Positions 7,520-16,493 of a DNA stretch of 64,000 nucleotides are shown here, one piece after another. The stretch covers positions 13,399 to 77,398 of the forward strand of contig JAHLLM010000004.1 of NCBI GenBank assembly GCA_020444175.1, read 5' to 3'. Each line of letters opens with the position of its first letter. Within the stretch, counting starts at the first letter, position 1. Under the pieces are notes generated by a model that did not search any database, was not told the DNA's origin, and worked only from the letters and a program-made list of their open reading frames with translations. The position numbers and the translations under genes are program-made. The stretch comes from Desulfobulbaceae bacterium. Its GTDB lineage: Bacteria; Desulfobacterota; Desulfobulbia; Desulfobulbales; SURF-16.

Positions 7520-10500
7520 TTAAAATGGTGCCAATTGATTTAAGTAGTTGAATGCCTCGGTGACGCCGTTCTCAAAACCACCGCCTGAAGCCTCTTTGGT
7601 GAACTCTCTCTCGCCTGACAGATTTCGCCACGTTGCCGTCAGTTTAAAGCCGACCTTGAATGTTACTCCGCCTTTGAAGGCTTCCGGTATGCCGCCGAGC
7701 AGTTTCAGTTGGCTCTTTTCGGCAATATAGCTTGCCCCACCCAGTTTTGTTTTAACCTTGTTTATTTCTATTTTTGTTTTCTCCATGGCAAGATACCAGT
7801 GAATGCCTATGTCATAACCCTCGCCGATTAATTCCATGTAGCTTGCCAGAAATTGTATATTCGTGGTGCTGAAACCATGCAGAAAACCTGCAAGTGCGGC
7901 CGATACCTCTTTGCCGCTTGGATAAGACAACACAACGACATAGCTTACAAGCGCTGTTTGTCCACTGGGGTCGGTATAAGTGACCGGATTATTCATGACA
8001 TAGGAGTATAGGTTGAGTGACTGGGGCAGGGTCAGGTCGCCCTGCTGCCCGTCACGTTGCAGGAAGCGTCCCAGGGCAGGATCGTAGGCCCTTGTTCTGT
8101 AATGGTAAAGACCGCTTTCCGCATCATACTCCCGACCGGTATATGTGAATGTGTTGACAAGTCCTGCTCCGCTGAAAGAGAAACTGCCGGAGTTTACAAG
8201 AAGCTGTCCCCAGGCGTCATATCCATAACGTTGCACCACATTCCCCGAGGAGTCGGTCAAGGCCACGACATTGCCCTGGCCATCCGCATGGTAAAAATAG
8301 ACGGAGCCGCCCTGCAGTGTCATCAGTGGTTCGTCCACCCTGTTGCTGTAAACATAATGGGCGGCCAGGGTGCCGTTGAGGTACTCGCTGAGAATGTGCT
8401 GGTTATCGTAGAGGTATTCACGGCTGTCGGCGGCAACAGTTTTTGCTGTGCGGCGTCCCATGGAGTCGTATTGATAGGTTGCCGTGAGTGTGCCGGAGCT
8501 GAACCCGGTCAGACGGGATGCACTGTCGTAGGAGTAGGCCGGGCCACCCGTAAAGGTCGTCATGTTGCCGTTTGGATCATAACTGTATGTGGTCGCGCCT
8601 CTTTGGTGCAGGGAGTTGTCTGTATTATAGGTTTCCGGGGTCCCTGCCGTAAAGCGGTTGCCGACGTTGTCATAGCTGAAGGTTTGGCTCGTTGTTCCCA
8701 GGTTCGTTGAGGAGATGTCTTCCCCGGTAAGCCGGTTCAGATTGTCAAGGGCCCAGCTGATGGAACCATCCGCTAGTGTGACGCCGGTGCGGTTGCCAAG
8801 GCTGTCGATTGTGTAGTCGTAGCTTGCTATTACTGTATCTGCGGCATCTTTTATAAGGATTGAATCAAGTCGGCCAAGGGAGTCATAGCCATAGGTGGTG
8901 GTCACGCCGTTTGAATAGGCAGCCGTCTGCCGCTGACCGGCAGCATTATAGCTAAAAGTGACCTGGTTGCCTCCTGCCTGCACTGAGTGCAGCCTGGAAG
9001 CGGCATCATAGGTGTAGATTATTTCCGTGCCGTCCGCAGCCGTTACTTTGGTGCGATTACCGGCTGTATCATACTCGTAGGCCACTGTGCGTCCATTGGG
9101 GTCAGTGACGCTTGCCAGCCAGCCGAAAGCGTTGTAAGTCATGTTGGTGATGAGGTCACTGCCGCCGTAGTTTTCCACCATCTGGGTGATCCGGCTGTTT
9201 TCGTCATATGTATAACTTACAGTGCCTTCGGGTTTGGTCTCTCTGACCAGACGTCCCATGTCGTCTCTGTCAAAAGTGATGCTCGCCCCGTCAGCCAATG
9301 TTTTGCCTGAGATATAGCCCTCTGCGTCATAGCTGAATCCTGAGCTGTTGCCCAATGGATCGGTGCGGTTGACCATCCTGCCGAGCCCGTCATAGTCATA
9401 AAGGCTTGGAACGCCATTGGCATTGGTAAGAGTTGTCATCTTGTTGATGTTGTTGTAGTCGAGCATGACCACCCCGGCCTGAGAATCGGTCACCTGGGAG
9501 AGGTTGCCGGAACCTGTGTAGGCGAAGCTGTCCGTGCCGTTGGCGTCGGTCCGCGATGTTATCTGGCCTTCATGATTGGAATTCAGGCTGAAAAGGATTT
9601 CGCCATCATGGTCTGTGACGGTTGCCAGATTGCCCATACCATCATAGGTAAAGCTTGTACGTTGACCGAGGCCGTCAATGATTGCCGTTTTCCTGCCCAG
9701 AGTGTCATACTCGTAAGAGGTTGTGAGACCGGCAGCATCAGTCATGCTGGTCTGGTCGCCAAAGGCATTGTAGGCTGAGTGGCTTATCTGGCCATTGGCA
9801 TTTGTATGGCTGAGACGGTTTCCGGAACCATCGTATGTCCAGCTTTCTGAAAAGAGGACAGTGCCGCCGCTGTTTTTCTTCTCTTTTGTCAGCGGGTTGC
9901 CGTCAGCGTCATACGTATAAAGAGTCTGGTCTCCCAGGGGATTCGTAATGCTGGTGACCTGGTTAAGTGAGTTATAGGTAAAGGTTCTGGTGAGCGCAGA
10001 GCCAGGATCAGCACTGTCTGTATAGCGGGTTTCGCTCAGCTTGTTGCCGTTGCCGTCATAGGTGAAGGTTATTTTCCTTCCACTTGGGTCGACACGTTCA
10101 AGCAGGTTGCCGTTGGCGTCATAAGAAAAAGAGGTAAGTCCGACAAGGGAATCGTTTTCCTCCACCACATTAGCCATGGAGTCGTAGGTATAGGTAATGC
10201 TGTGTCCGTTTGGATCGGTAACCGTCTCCTGACGTGCCGGCGGATTATAGCTGTATTCTGTCCGGTTCCCCAGGCTGTCAAGGTGGGCACTGAGTCGCCC
10301 GTCCGGGTAATATTCATTTCTGAGTGGCAAATGGCCATCCGGGGCCTGGATTTCCAGGAGATAATGGTCGCTGCCATAGACATATGTGGTTACATTGCCG
10401 TTCTGGTCGGTAAACTGAACGAGATCTCCGGCACCATCATAGGTGTAGGTCGTCTGCTGGCCGGCAGGATCGATAATGTTTGTGATACGACCTTGACCGT

Positions 10501-13500
10501 CTCTGGCAAATGTCACGTTTCGGCCTGTATTGGTGGTGATACCGTCAGTGGTAATTTCCATGAAATTACCGATTCTGTCTTCTATTCTATTGATCCCGAA
10601 GTCTTGATTAATGGTATATGTCAAGCCTGTTTTTGTACGCAGGACATAGGTTTCGGGATTGAAGATACCGGCTGAGTCGAGGAAGAAATACCAGTCTCCT
10701 CCTGAATAAACAACGGAGTGATTTCCGATAAAGTCAAGTTCATCATAGACCCCGGGAGGGGCTGTGAACTTGGCTTCGTACATCGGGAACCACGGTGAAA
10801 TTTGTACTGGAGTAAAGGCAAAGGCCACTCTGCGTCCGTCCGGCAAAGTGATAAAGACATTATGGCTCGCATCTTCACGGATATCAGCATTTTTCATATC
10901 CAGGGTCCAGCCGGCTCCAAAATCATCCTGGATGTTACGACTGCTGTCGTAGCTGCGTGTGAGGCTCAGGTCCATGCCCATGAGCGGCATGGCCAGATCT
11001 TCGTAGCTGATCACAAATCGTCCAAGCTGCAGAGGATCATTGACCTGACAATCAATCCAGGAGGATGAACTCTGGTTGGCATCATAGGCCGTGAGGCGGA
11101 AGCGGTAAAAGTCGTTGGTAAGTGTTCCTGCGTCAATCTGGCCGAGCAGGCCGCCTGTTACCGAGGTGTTGCCGCTTGCAATCTCGGTCCACTGATCACT
11201 GCCCACAGGGGCATATTCAAGAAGCCAGGAGGTCAGGTGGTCATCGCTTGCTGTTCCCTCAATGGCAATGACGCCGCTGATGATGTCTCCGGCTGCAGGT
11301 GTTGCAAAGGAAACCTGCGGCGGAACTTCATCTTCAGCTGCAGCCGGATCATAGACAATGACTGTGGCGCTATCTGTTGCGTTTCCTCCGAAGCCGTCAT
11401 CAGCAGTCAACATGACTGTGTAGCTGCCCGAGGTATCAAAGGTCAGATCCACTGTTGTTCCTGTATATGTATCACCGTCGTACGTCCAGGTATAGGTCGG
11501 CGTATCGCCGTCAGGATCAGCACCGTTGGCGGTTAAGGTGATCGGTGTTGCTATGGCCCCTTGATATGGTCCGCCTGCATCAATTACCGGATCGTTATTT
11601 GGAGGATGGGCAATGCTTAGGAGCTGCGTCGTTGTATTGGTGGCGCCTCTGTCATCGGTTACCGTCAGGCTTACAGTGTAGTCGCCGGGATCTGCATAGG
11701 CATGACTGACCATGGTGCCGGTGGTGGAGAGGCCGTCACCGAAATCCCATTGCCAGTTGGTTAGGGGCAGACTTTCCGGATCGCTTGATACGCTGCCGTC
11801 AAAGGTCAGTGTCTGCCATTTGAGGAGTTCTCCGGTTACGCTGAATGCTGCCGTCGGAGGCTGATTGGGTGGAGTTACATTGACCGTTGCGCCGGCTGAG
11901 TCCAGTCCGCCTCTACCGTCATCAACGGACAGAGAAACGTTAAAGAGTCCTTCACTGGTGTAAACATGGCTGACAGTCACGCCGTATTCGGGTGGGGTGC
12001 TGTCGCCGAAGTTCCAGGTATAGGTGAGCGGATCGTTGTCCGCATCATAGGACGCGCTGCCGTCAAAGGTGATTGCCGTATTAACCGCACCCGTATACGG
12101 ACCACCAGGATCGGCTATGGGAGGCGTGTTGGGCAGTTCCACCTGACAGGAGGTCTCCGCATGACCGGTGGCTCCCCGGTCGTCGGTAACATACAGGGTA
12201 ACTGTATATATGCCATCTGCCGTATAGGTGTGGCTTACCTGAATGCCATGCTCCTCGCTGCCGTCACCAAAGACCCAGTGATAATCAACAATCAGGTCTC
12301 CTTCTGGATCATAGGAGCCGCTGGCGTCAAAATTTATCTCTTCATTGATCAAAGAACTGTAGGGGCCGTCATGCACTGCAATCGGCGCGTCATTCGGCCG
12401 TGGGCTCACTTCGATCTGGAAGAACTGCGTGGCGGATATGCCGTCACCGTCGGTAACACGGATCATCACGTCATGAACTCCCCATTGGCTGCGCAATGGA
12501 GTCCAGATAATAAGCCCGGAGGCAGGATCGATCGTCATGCCGTCCGGTGCCAAATCAAGCAGAAAGGTCAAAGCGCTTCCCTCCGGGTCACTTGCTTCGA
12601 CATCATATTCGTAGAGTATTTCTTCAACAGCTTCTGTTATCGGAGTACTTGATATAACCGGGGGAAGGTTGATGATTCGTCCCTGTGAATAGACATAGAT
12701 CGGATAGGAAATCAGCTCTTCGCCGTTAATTTCCGTGAAAATGCGGTACCAGTAATCTTTGTCAAGCTCGATTCCCGTAACCTGCATACAATCTGTGCGG
12801 CCAAGTTCGTCAGCGATAAATGCCGCATCAATGCCATCAACATCAAGGTCTTCGTCAAAATCGCCCAGGCAGGGGAAGGTGGCAGGGTCGCAGTCAATAC
12901 GACCGAGCTCAAGGGCAAAAAGTGCTTCATCATCAGCATCAACGACAGCGTCGTCATTGAGGTCGGAAGCGCAGGTATTGGCTAGTTCGCCAACGTTTTC
13001 TGCCAGATTGTGGTCAAGGAAAGATGCATAGGTAGAGGGGCTTGTGCCTATTTGCCTGAAAGCTTCATTGGGGCCGATTTCCGAACGGAAAATACGATAG
13101 GCAGTGGCACCGGCCAGTGGAGACCAGAGAAGCTGGCATTTCGTATATTTGGGTCTGGCTGAAAGCCCGGTAACGCCGATATTGTAGACAGCGACCTCGC
13201 CATAATCCACATTGGTCAGGTCCGGCTGAGCGGATTGCGGAAACACGGTTGCTGTATTGTCGGTGACGCGCAGGGCGATATCAAAGCGGCCGGATGAGGT
13301 AAAGGCCGGGAGTATGGCTGTCTCCCCGGTGGCTTCTGCAAAATCGTATGGGGCAATAAAATCAGACTCCCAGTCCCAGGCGGTGATTGAGTCGCCTTCA
13401 GGCTCATCGATATCATAGGAGCCGGAGCCGTCTACCTGGACTTCTTCCCCAACGGCAGTCAGATAAGGGCCGCTCATCACTGCAGTCGGCGGATGGGGAG

Positions 13501-15700
13501 GGATAGTAACATGCATGGTGAGACTTGAGGTGTCGAAACGCACCGGTGTCGAGTTGTCAAGAACCTTGAGACTCACTGTGTAGTCCTGCAACTGGCCGAA
13601 GGCATGGTCAACTGTCACTCCCAAAGCATCGGGGTGAACAAAGTCAACTCCGTCCGAGGCGTCAAAATCCCACAGGTAATCAACTATTTCTTTGGCTGGA
13701 TCGACGTGGTAGGAGCCCGAGGCGTCAAAGTGAATGAGCTGCCCCACAGCGCCGGGATTTGGTGCGGCATTGATAATTGCCACCGGAGGTTTTTCAAACA
13801 GGGTACGGGTCAGGATGATGACGTCCCAGGCCGTGGCCGTCCGTTTTCCTAACCAGCTATAATTATTCCAGGATCCATCAGAGTTTTGATGGTTGACCAG
13901 ATGGCGCGCCATTCCATAGGTTTCATCTCCGTACCAGTCGAGTCCCGTTGCTGAAAGATGGGTAACCTCTTGGGGGAGAGCGAGCCGCAAGGCTTTGGTG
14001 AACGCATAATAACCATATGTGAATTGTCCATTCCATTGGCCGAGAAATGAACTCCAGGAGTTGGCTAACCAGTTTTCAGCTGTCTGCCAGCGCGAGTCGC
14101 TGGTGGTGAAACCGTCAAAGGCCAGCTGCACCATTCCTGAAGGTGTCGTTGCCCAGCCGTTTCCGCTTCCCGTATAGCCAAAACCTGTGCCATTATAGCT
14201 GTTAATCAACCATGAGTTGTTTCTGTCTTTTACCCATTGTGGAACCGTGCAGCCAAAGTTATTTTCAGCCGGTATCATGCCGATGGCCCCCCATTGGGCT
14301 GCGGAGTTATCAGGCCAGTCTTCCCAGTTGTAACGCCAGCCGCCATAGGTGTTGTGTTGTCCCCAGGCGTACATGTCAACCATATCCTGGACAATATCCT
14401 GATACCGGCGGCCAAGGACATTGGCTCCCCCGGACTGGGCCATGGCATCAGGTGAGCCGGTAGCCACAAAGGCGTCCATCACAGCACCAGTTTCATAGAT
14501 TGAGCGACCGCTGGACCAGCTGAGCCCGATGCCATTGCTATTTGTATCAGGATTGGCTGGGTTGCCGCTGCTGTCCGTACCCTGGATCGTCATGTTGGTT
14601 GAACCCAGGCCGCTCAGCAGATAATCGATGCCTCCCAGCACTGCTCCCACATATGGGTCTTCGTTTGAATCTCCTGTTTCATGGTGGCCGTTGATCTCAA
14701 AGGCCTGCACTGCCGATGCTGTTGAATTGCCATAGTAGCCCGTATAGTCGGATGCAGGATAATTCTGCCAGCGAACACTTGGGTTTGGATTCCAGTAGAG
14801 TTCGGCTCTGGCTCCACTTCCAGCTTCATAGTACTCCATGACGATGTCATGTCTGCCGGCACTCATATACAAGAATGAAGTGTAATTCCACGTAGATGCC
14901 TGATTTTCCCAGTCATTTATAAGAAGTTGGTTGTCGATAAAGAGCCGCACTCCATCATCGGTACGGGTTGCAAATTGGTAGTAGCCATTTTCTTTGATGT
15001 CAATTTCTCCACTCCAACGGATACTGAAAGAGTCTACCCCCATTCCACTGATTGGAGCTCCTACCCAGTAAAAATTTACCTGGGAATCAACACGACTTGT
15101 GAAAAAATCGTTAAAATTGTAGTTGTCGTAATATTCACCTAGCAAACCCGGATCTCCATCTGGTGTGAAGAGAGACGTGGTTGGAATGATTTGTTGGGAA
15201 CCTGAAAACTGCTTGTTCGTATAGAGCCACCACAAACCGTCGTCAATGGACTTGTTGACTTCCACGTCCAGGTTTTGGGCACGGATGAGGATACGGTAGT
15301 CGTCCGAGGAGGATTCTCCGGCAGTATCGGTAACGTGCAGGCGAGCGATAATAAGCGTACCCGGGTCAGCAGAATAGGTATGGGTTGCTGCAAGGTTGTC
15401 GGCATTGGTGATGGTCTGTACGGGGGAAACATCGCCATCGCCAAATTCCCAGTAATATGTGCCGCCGAGATGGTCACCGTCTGCATCCCTGGCAATGCCC
15501 TTCAAAATAGTTGGTTCCCCGGACCAAGTCTCATGGGGAACTAGAAGATCAGTTGGTACCTGTGGAACGGTAATAACCTGGGGAGGAGCTGCTGAAGCAA
15601 TGCTCGGGCCGATTATTAAAGAAGTAAAAAAGAATCCGAAATGGACAGTGAGTAAAAAGAAAAATGCTTTAACAAAATAATCACTTTTCTGTTGATTCAT
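7520..15700 (-). CDS. Giant RHS/YD-repeat surface protein with PKD, PA14, terpene-cyclase-like toroid and dockerin-like modules and a variable C-terminal domain
   Basis: The track ORF is 2744 aa (to 15754). The likely start is ATG 15700, preceded by GGGGGAGAG, giving MNQQKSDYF plus a hydrophobic anchor.
Modules in order:
- PKD-like module.
- PA14 (GLLGEYYDNYNF...AELYW, about 14795-15150).
- Prenyltransferase/squalene-cyclase-like repeats (GGWRYNWEDWPDNSAAQWG, HQNSDGSW).
- Dockerin-like Ca loops (DLNDDAVVDADD, DFDEDLDVDGID).
- Five tandem PKD domains.
- Dozens of YD repeats (YxYDxxGN).
- RHS core end YDPALGRFLQRDG...NLYSYVMNNPVTYTDPSG. Confidence 0.9.
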   Translation of the reverse strand: MNQQKSDYFVKAFFFLLTVHFGFFFTSLIIGPSIASAAPPQVITVPQVPTDLLVPHETWSGEPTILKGIARDADGDHLGGTYYWEFGDGDVSPVQTITNADNLAATHTYSADPGTLIIARLHVTDTAGESSSDDYRILIRAQNLDVEVNKSIDDGLWWLYTNKQFSGSQQIIPTTSLFTPDGDPGLLGEYYDNYNFNDFFTSRVDSQVNFYWVGAPISGMGVDSFSIRWSGEIDIKENGYYQFATRTDDGVRLFIDNQLLINDWENQASTWNYTSFLYMSAGRHDIVMEYYEAGSGARAELYWNPNPSVRWQNYPASDYTGYYGNSTASAVQAFEINGHHETGDSNEDPYVGAVLGGIDYLLSGLGSTNMTIQGTDSSGNPANPDTNSNGIGLSWSSGRSIYETGAVMDAFVATGSPDAMAQSGGANVLGRRYQDIVQDMVDMYAWGQHNTYGGWRYNWEDWPDNSAAQWGAIGMIPAENNFGCTVPQWVKDRNNSWLINSYNGTGFGYTGSGNGWATTPSGMVQLAFDGFTTSDSRWQTAENWLANSWSSFLGQWNGQFTYGYYAFTKALRLALPQEVTHLSATGLDWYGDETYGMARHLVNHQNSDGSWNNYSWLGKRTATAWDVIILTRTLFEKPPVAIINAAPNPGAVGQLIHFDASGSYHVDPAKEIVDYLWDFDASDGVDFVHPDALGVTVDHAFGQLQDYTVSLKVLDNSTPVRFDTSSLTMHVTIPPHPPTAVMSGPYLTAVGEEVQVDGSGSYDIDEPEGDSITAWDWESDFIAPYDFAEATGETAILPAFTSSGRFDIALRVTDNTATVFPQSAQPDLTNVDYGEVAVYNIGVTGLSARPKYTKCQLLWSPLAGATAYRIFRSEIGPNEAFRQIGTSPSTYASFLDHNLAENVGELANTCASDLNDDAVVDADDEALFALELGRIDCDPATFPCLGDFDEDLDVDGIDAAFIADELGRTDCMQVTGIELDKDYWYRIFTEINGEELISYPIYVYSQGRIINLPPVISSTPITEAVEEILYEYDVEASDPEGSALTFLLDLAPDGMTIDPASGLIIWTPLRSQWGVHDVMIRVTDGDGISATQFFQIEVSPRPNDAPIAVHDGPYSSLINEEINFDASGSYDPEGDLIVDYHWVFGDGSEEHGIQVSHTYTADGIYTVTLYVTDDRGATGHAETSCQVELPNTPPIADPGGPYTGAVNTAITFDGSASYDADNDPLTYTWNFGDSTPPEYGVTVSHVYTSEGLFNVSLSVDDGRGGLDSAGATVNVTPPNQPPTAAFSVTGELLKWQTLTFDGSVSSDPESLPLTNWQWDFGDGLSTTGTMVSHAYADPGDYTVSLTVTDDRGATNTTTQLLSIAHPPNNDPVIDAGGPYQGAIATPITLTANGADPDGDTPTYTWTYDGDTYTGTTVDLTFDTSGSYTVMLTADDGFGGNATDSATVIVYDPAAAEDEVPPQVSFATPAAGDIISGVIAIEGTASDDHLTSWLLEYAPVGSDQWTEIASGNTSVTGGLLGQIDAGTLTNDFYRFRLTAYDANQSSSSWIDCQVNDPLQLGRFVISYEDLAMPLMGMDLSLTRSYDSSRNIQDDFGAGWTLDMKNADIREDASHNVFITLPDGRRVAFAFTPVQISPWFPMYEAKFTAPPGVYDELDFIGNHSVVYSGGDWYFFLDSAGIFNPETYVLRTKTGLTYTINQDFGINRIEDRIGNFMEITTDGITTNTGRNVTFARDGQGRITNIIDPAGQQTTYTYDGAGDLVQFTDQNGNVTTYVYGSDHYLLEIQAPDGHLPLRNEYYPDGRLSAHLDSLGNRTEYSYNPPARQETVTDPNGHSITYTYDSMANVVEENDSLVGLTSFSYDANGNLLERVDPSGRKITFTYDGNGNKLSETRYTDSADPGSALTRTFTYNSLNQVTSITNPLGDQTLYTYDADGNPLTKEKKNSGGTVLFSESWTYDGSGNRLSHTNANGQISHSAYNAFGDQTSMTDAAGLTTSYEYDTLGRKTAIIDGLGQRTSFTYDGMGNLATVTDHDGEILFSLNSNHEGQITSRTDANGTDSFAYTGSGNLSQVTDSQAGVVMLDYNNINKMTTLTNANGVPSLYDYDGLGRMVNRTDPLGNSSGFSYDAEGYISGKTLADGASITFDRDDMGRLVRETKPEGTVSYTYDENSRITQMVENYGGSDLITNMTYNAFGWLASVTDPNGRTVAYEYDTAGNRTKVTAADGTEIIYTYDAASRLHSVQAGGNQVTFSYNAAGQRQTAAYSNGVTTTYGYDSLGRLDSILIKDAADTVIASYDYTIDSLGNRTGVTLADGSISWALDNLNRLTGEDISSTNLGTTSQTFSYDNVGNRFTAGTPETYNTDNSLHQRGATTYSYDPNGNMTTFTGGPAYSYDSASRLTGFSSGTLTATYQYDSMGRRTAKTVAADSREYLYDNQHILSEYLNGTLAAHYVYSNRVDEPLMTLQGGSVYFYHADGQGNVVALTDSSGNVVQRYGYDAWGQLLVNSGSFSFSGAGLVNTFTYTGREYDAESGLYHYRTRAYDPALGRFLQRDGQQGDLTLPQSLNLYSYVMNNPVTYTDPSGQTALVSYVVVLSYPSGKEVSAALAGFLHGFSTTNIQFLASYMELIGEGYDIGIHWYLAMEKTKIEINKVKTKLGGASYIAEKSQLKLLGGIPEAFKGGVTFKVGFKLTATWRNLSGEREFTKEASGGGFENGVTEAFNYLNQLAPF
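7523..7957 (-). other. C-terminal variable (putative toxin/effector) module of the RHS protein; 145 aa after the PVTYTDPSG boundary
   Basis: The sequence after the conserved RHS core-end motif is TALVSYVVVLSYPSGKEV...GVTEAFNYLNQLAPF. I recognise no catalytic motif in it. By eye it is more AT-rich than the repeat region. Confidence 0.6.
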
Positions 15701-15864
15701 CGCTCTCCCCCAAAAGCTTAATTCATCATTTAAGAACATCAGGCCGACATTCAAAAAAAATGGATATTTTTTAAAAAAAATGGTTCGTTCTACCGCTTTT
15801 TTTCAGTTTGATAATCTGAATTTGTGTAATGGATTTATGCTGTTATATAATTTTATTTACTAAA

Positions 15865-15881
15865 TGCAAAAAGCATTCCTG
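15865..15881 (-). promoter_or_regulatory. Candidate sigma-54 (-24/-12) promoter for the RHS operon
   Basis: Minus strand reads CAGGAATGCTTTTTGCA. GG and GC have the canonical 12-nt register and the -12 TTGCA is perfect, but the -24 box is weak (AGGAAT vs TGGCAC). About 165 nt upstream of ATG 15700. Confidence 0.4.
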
Positions 15882-15979
15882 CTTTCATTTTCGGCATAGG
15901 GGGTGTGTGTTTGTAATGCGTTGATATTGTTATTTGTTTTTTTGTCTCCAGAGAGATGTCGGTCTGGAATTAGAGTGTG

Positions 15980-16010
15980 ATTTCTGAAATTTCCTTTTTT
16001 CCGGAAAAAA
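15980..16010. promoter_or_regulatory. Cluster of TTTC/GAAA palindromes (candidate enhancer/operator)
   Basis: ATTTCTGAAAT (15980-15990), GAAATTTC (15986-15993) and a perfect 16-bp palindrome TTTTTTCCGGAAAAAA (15995-16010). These lie 100-130 bp upstream of the candidate sigma-54 promoter. Confidence 0.4.
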
Positions 16011-16493
16011 TTCTGTGCAGCGTTCAGGTTTTTAGATTTTAATAATAGCTTGAAATAATAGCTGAAAATGATAAGTATTATCAAGTTGTTAGTTAGGGTG
16101 CCTCTCTCATTTCCTGTAAATCGGAAATTGTTTGGTTCGAAATGGGGAGACGTGTCCAATTGTTGAATATTTCAGCAAAAAAAATTGGTAACTCTTCATC
16201 GGTGCCCCACGGACTCCGTGTTACCTGCTCCCCGCACCTGAGGCAACCAGGTACTTGCTGTCCGGAGTTAAGATCCCTTTCTGGCCATGGCTGCATTGCG
16301 GCAGAATTTGTTTGCTTTTTCATCTGATTCCAGCAGAGGGAATGCCGGTTTGGATTGCGGGGAAGATTCGAACCCTTGGGTGTCATGTTTATTGCAATAA
16401 TATCTATAGTATCTATTGCAAAAGTTTGTCTGTAGCTTTATTGAATGTTTTTAATTCGACCTCGCGAGTTCATCCAGATTCGATGGATAAATA

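Noticed and set aside
8057-15680. Numerous 60-230-aa ORFs on the + strand and in other minus-strand frames inside the giant RHS gene (for example 8057..8710, 10202..10675, 11966..12652, 12759..13031).
   Set aside because: These are shadow ORFs opposite a long repetitive coding region with biased composition. Their translations are low-complexity (R/G/V/A-rich) and lack motifs, starts with an RBS, or independent support.
16351-16380. A tRNA-like 3' fragment on the minus strand (GGGTTCGAATCTTCCCCGCAATCCA: T-loop-like TTCGAAT plus a terminal CCA). It could have been an integration-site scar next to the RHS island.
   Set aside because: I could not fold a T-stem (CAAGG vs CTTCC do not pair) or any acceptor or cloverleaf from the upstream 80 nt. 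No matching full tRNA is in the window (the only tRNA is Cys-GCA, with a different 3' end). It is most likely a chance match, and worth only a BLAST against the genome's tRNAs.
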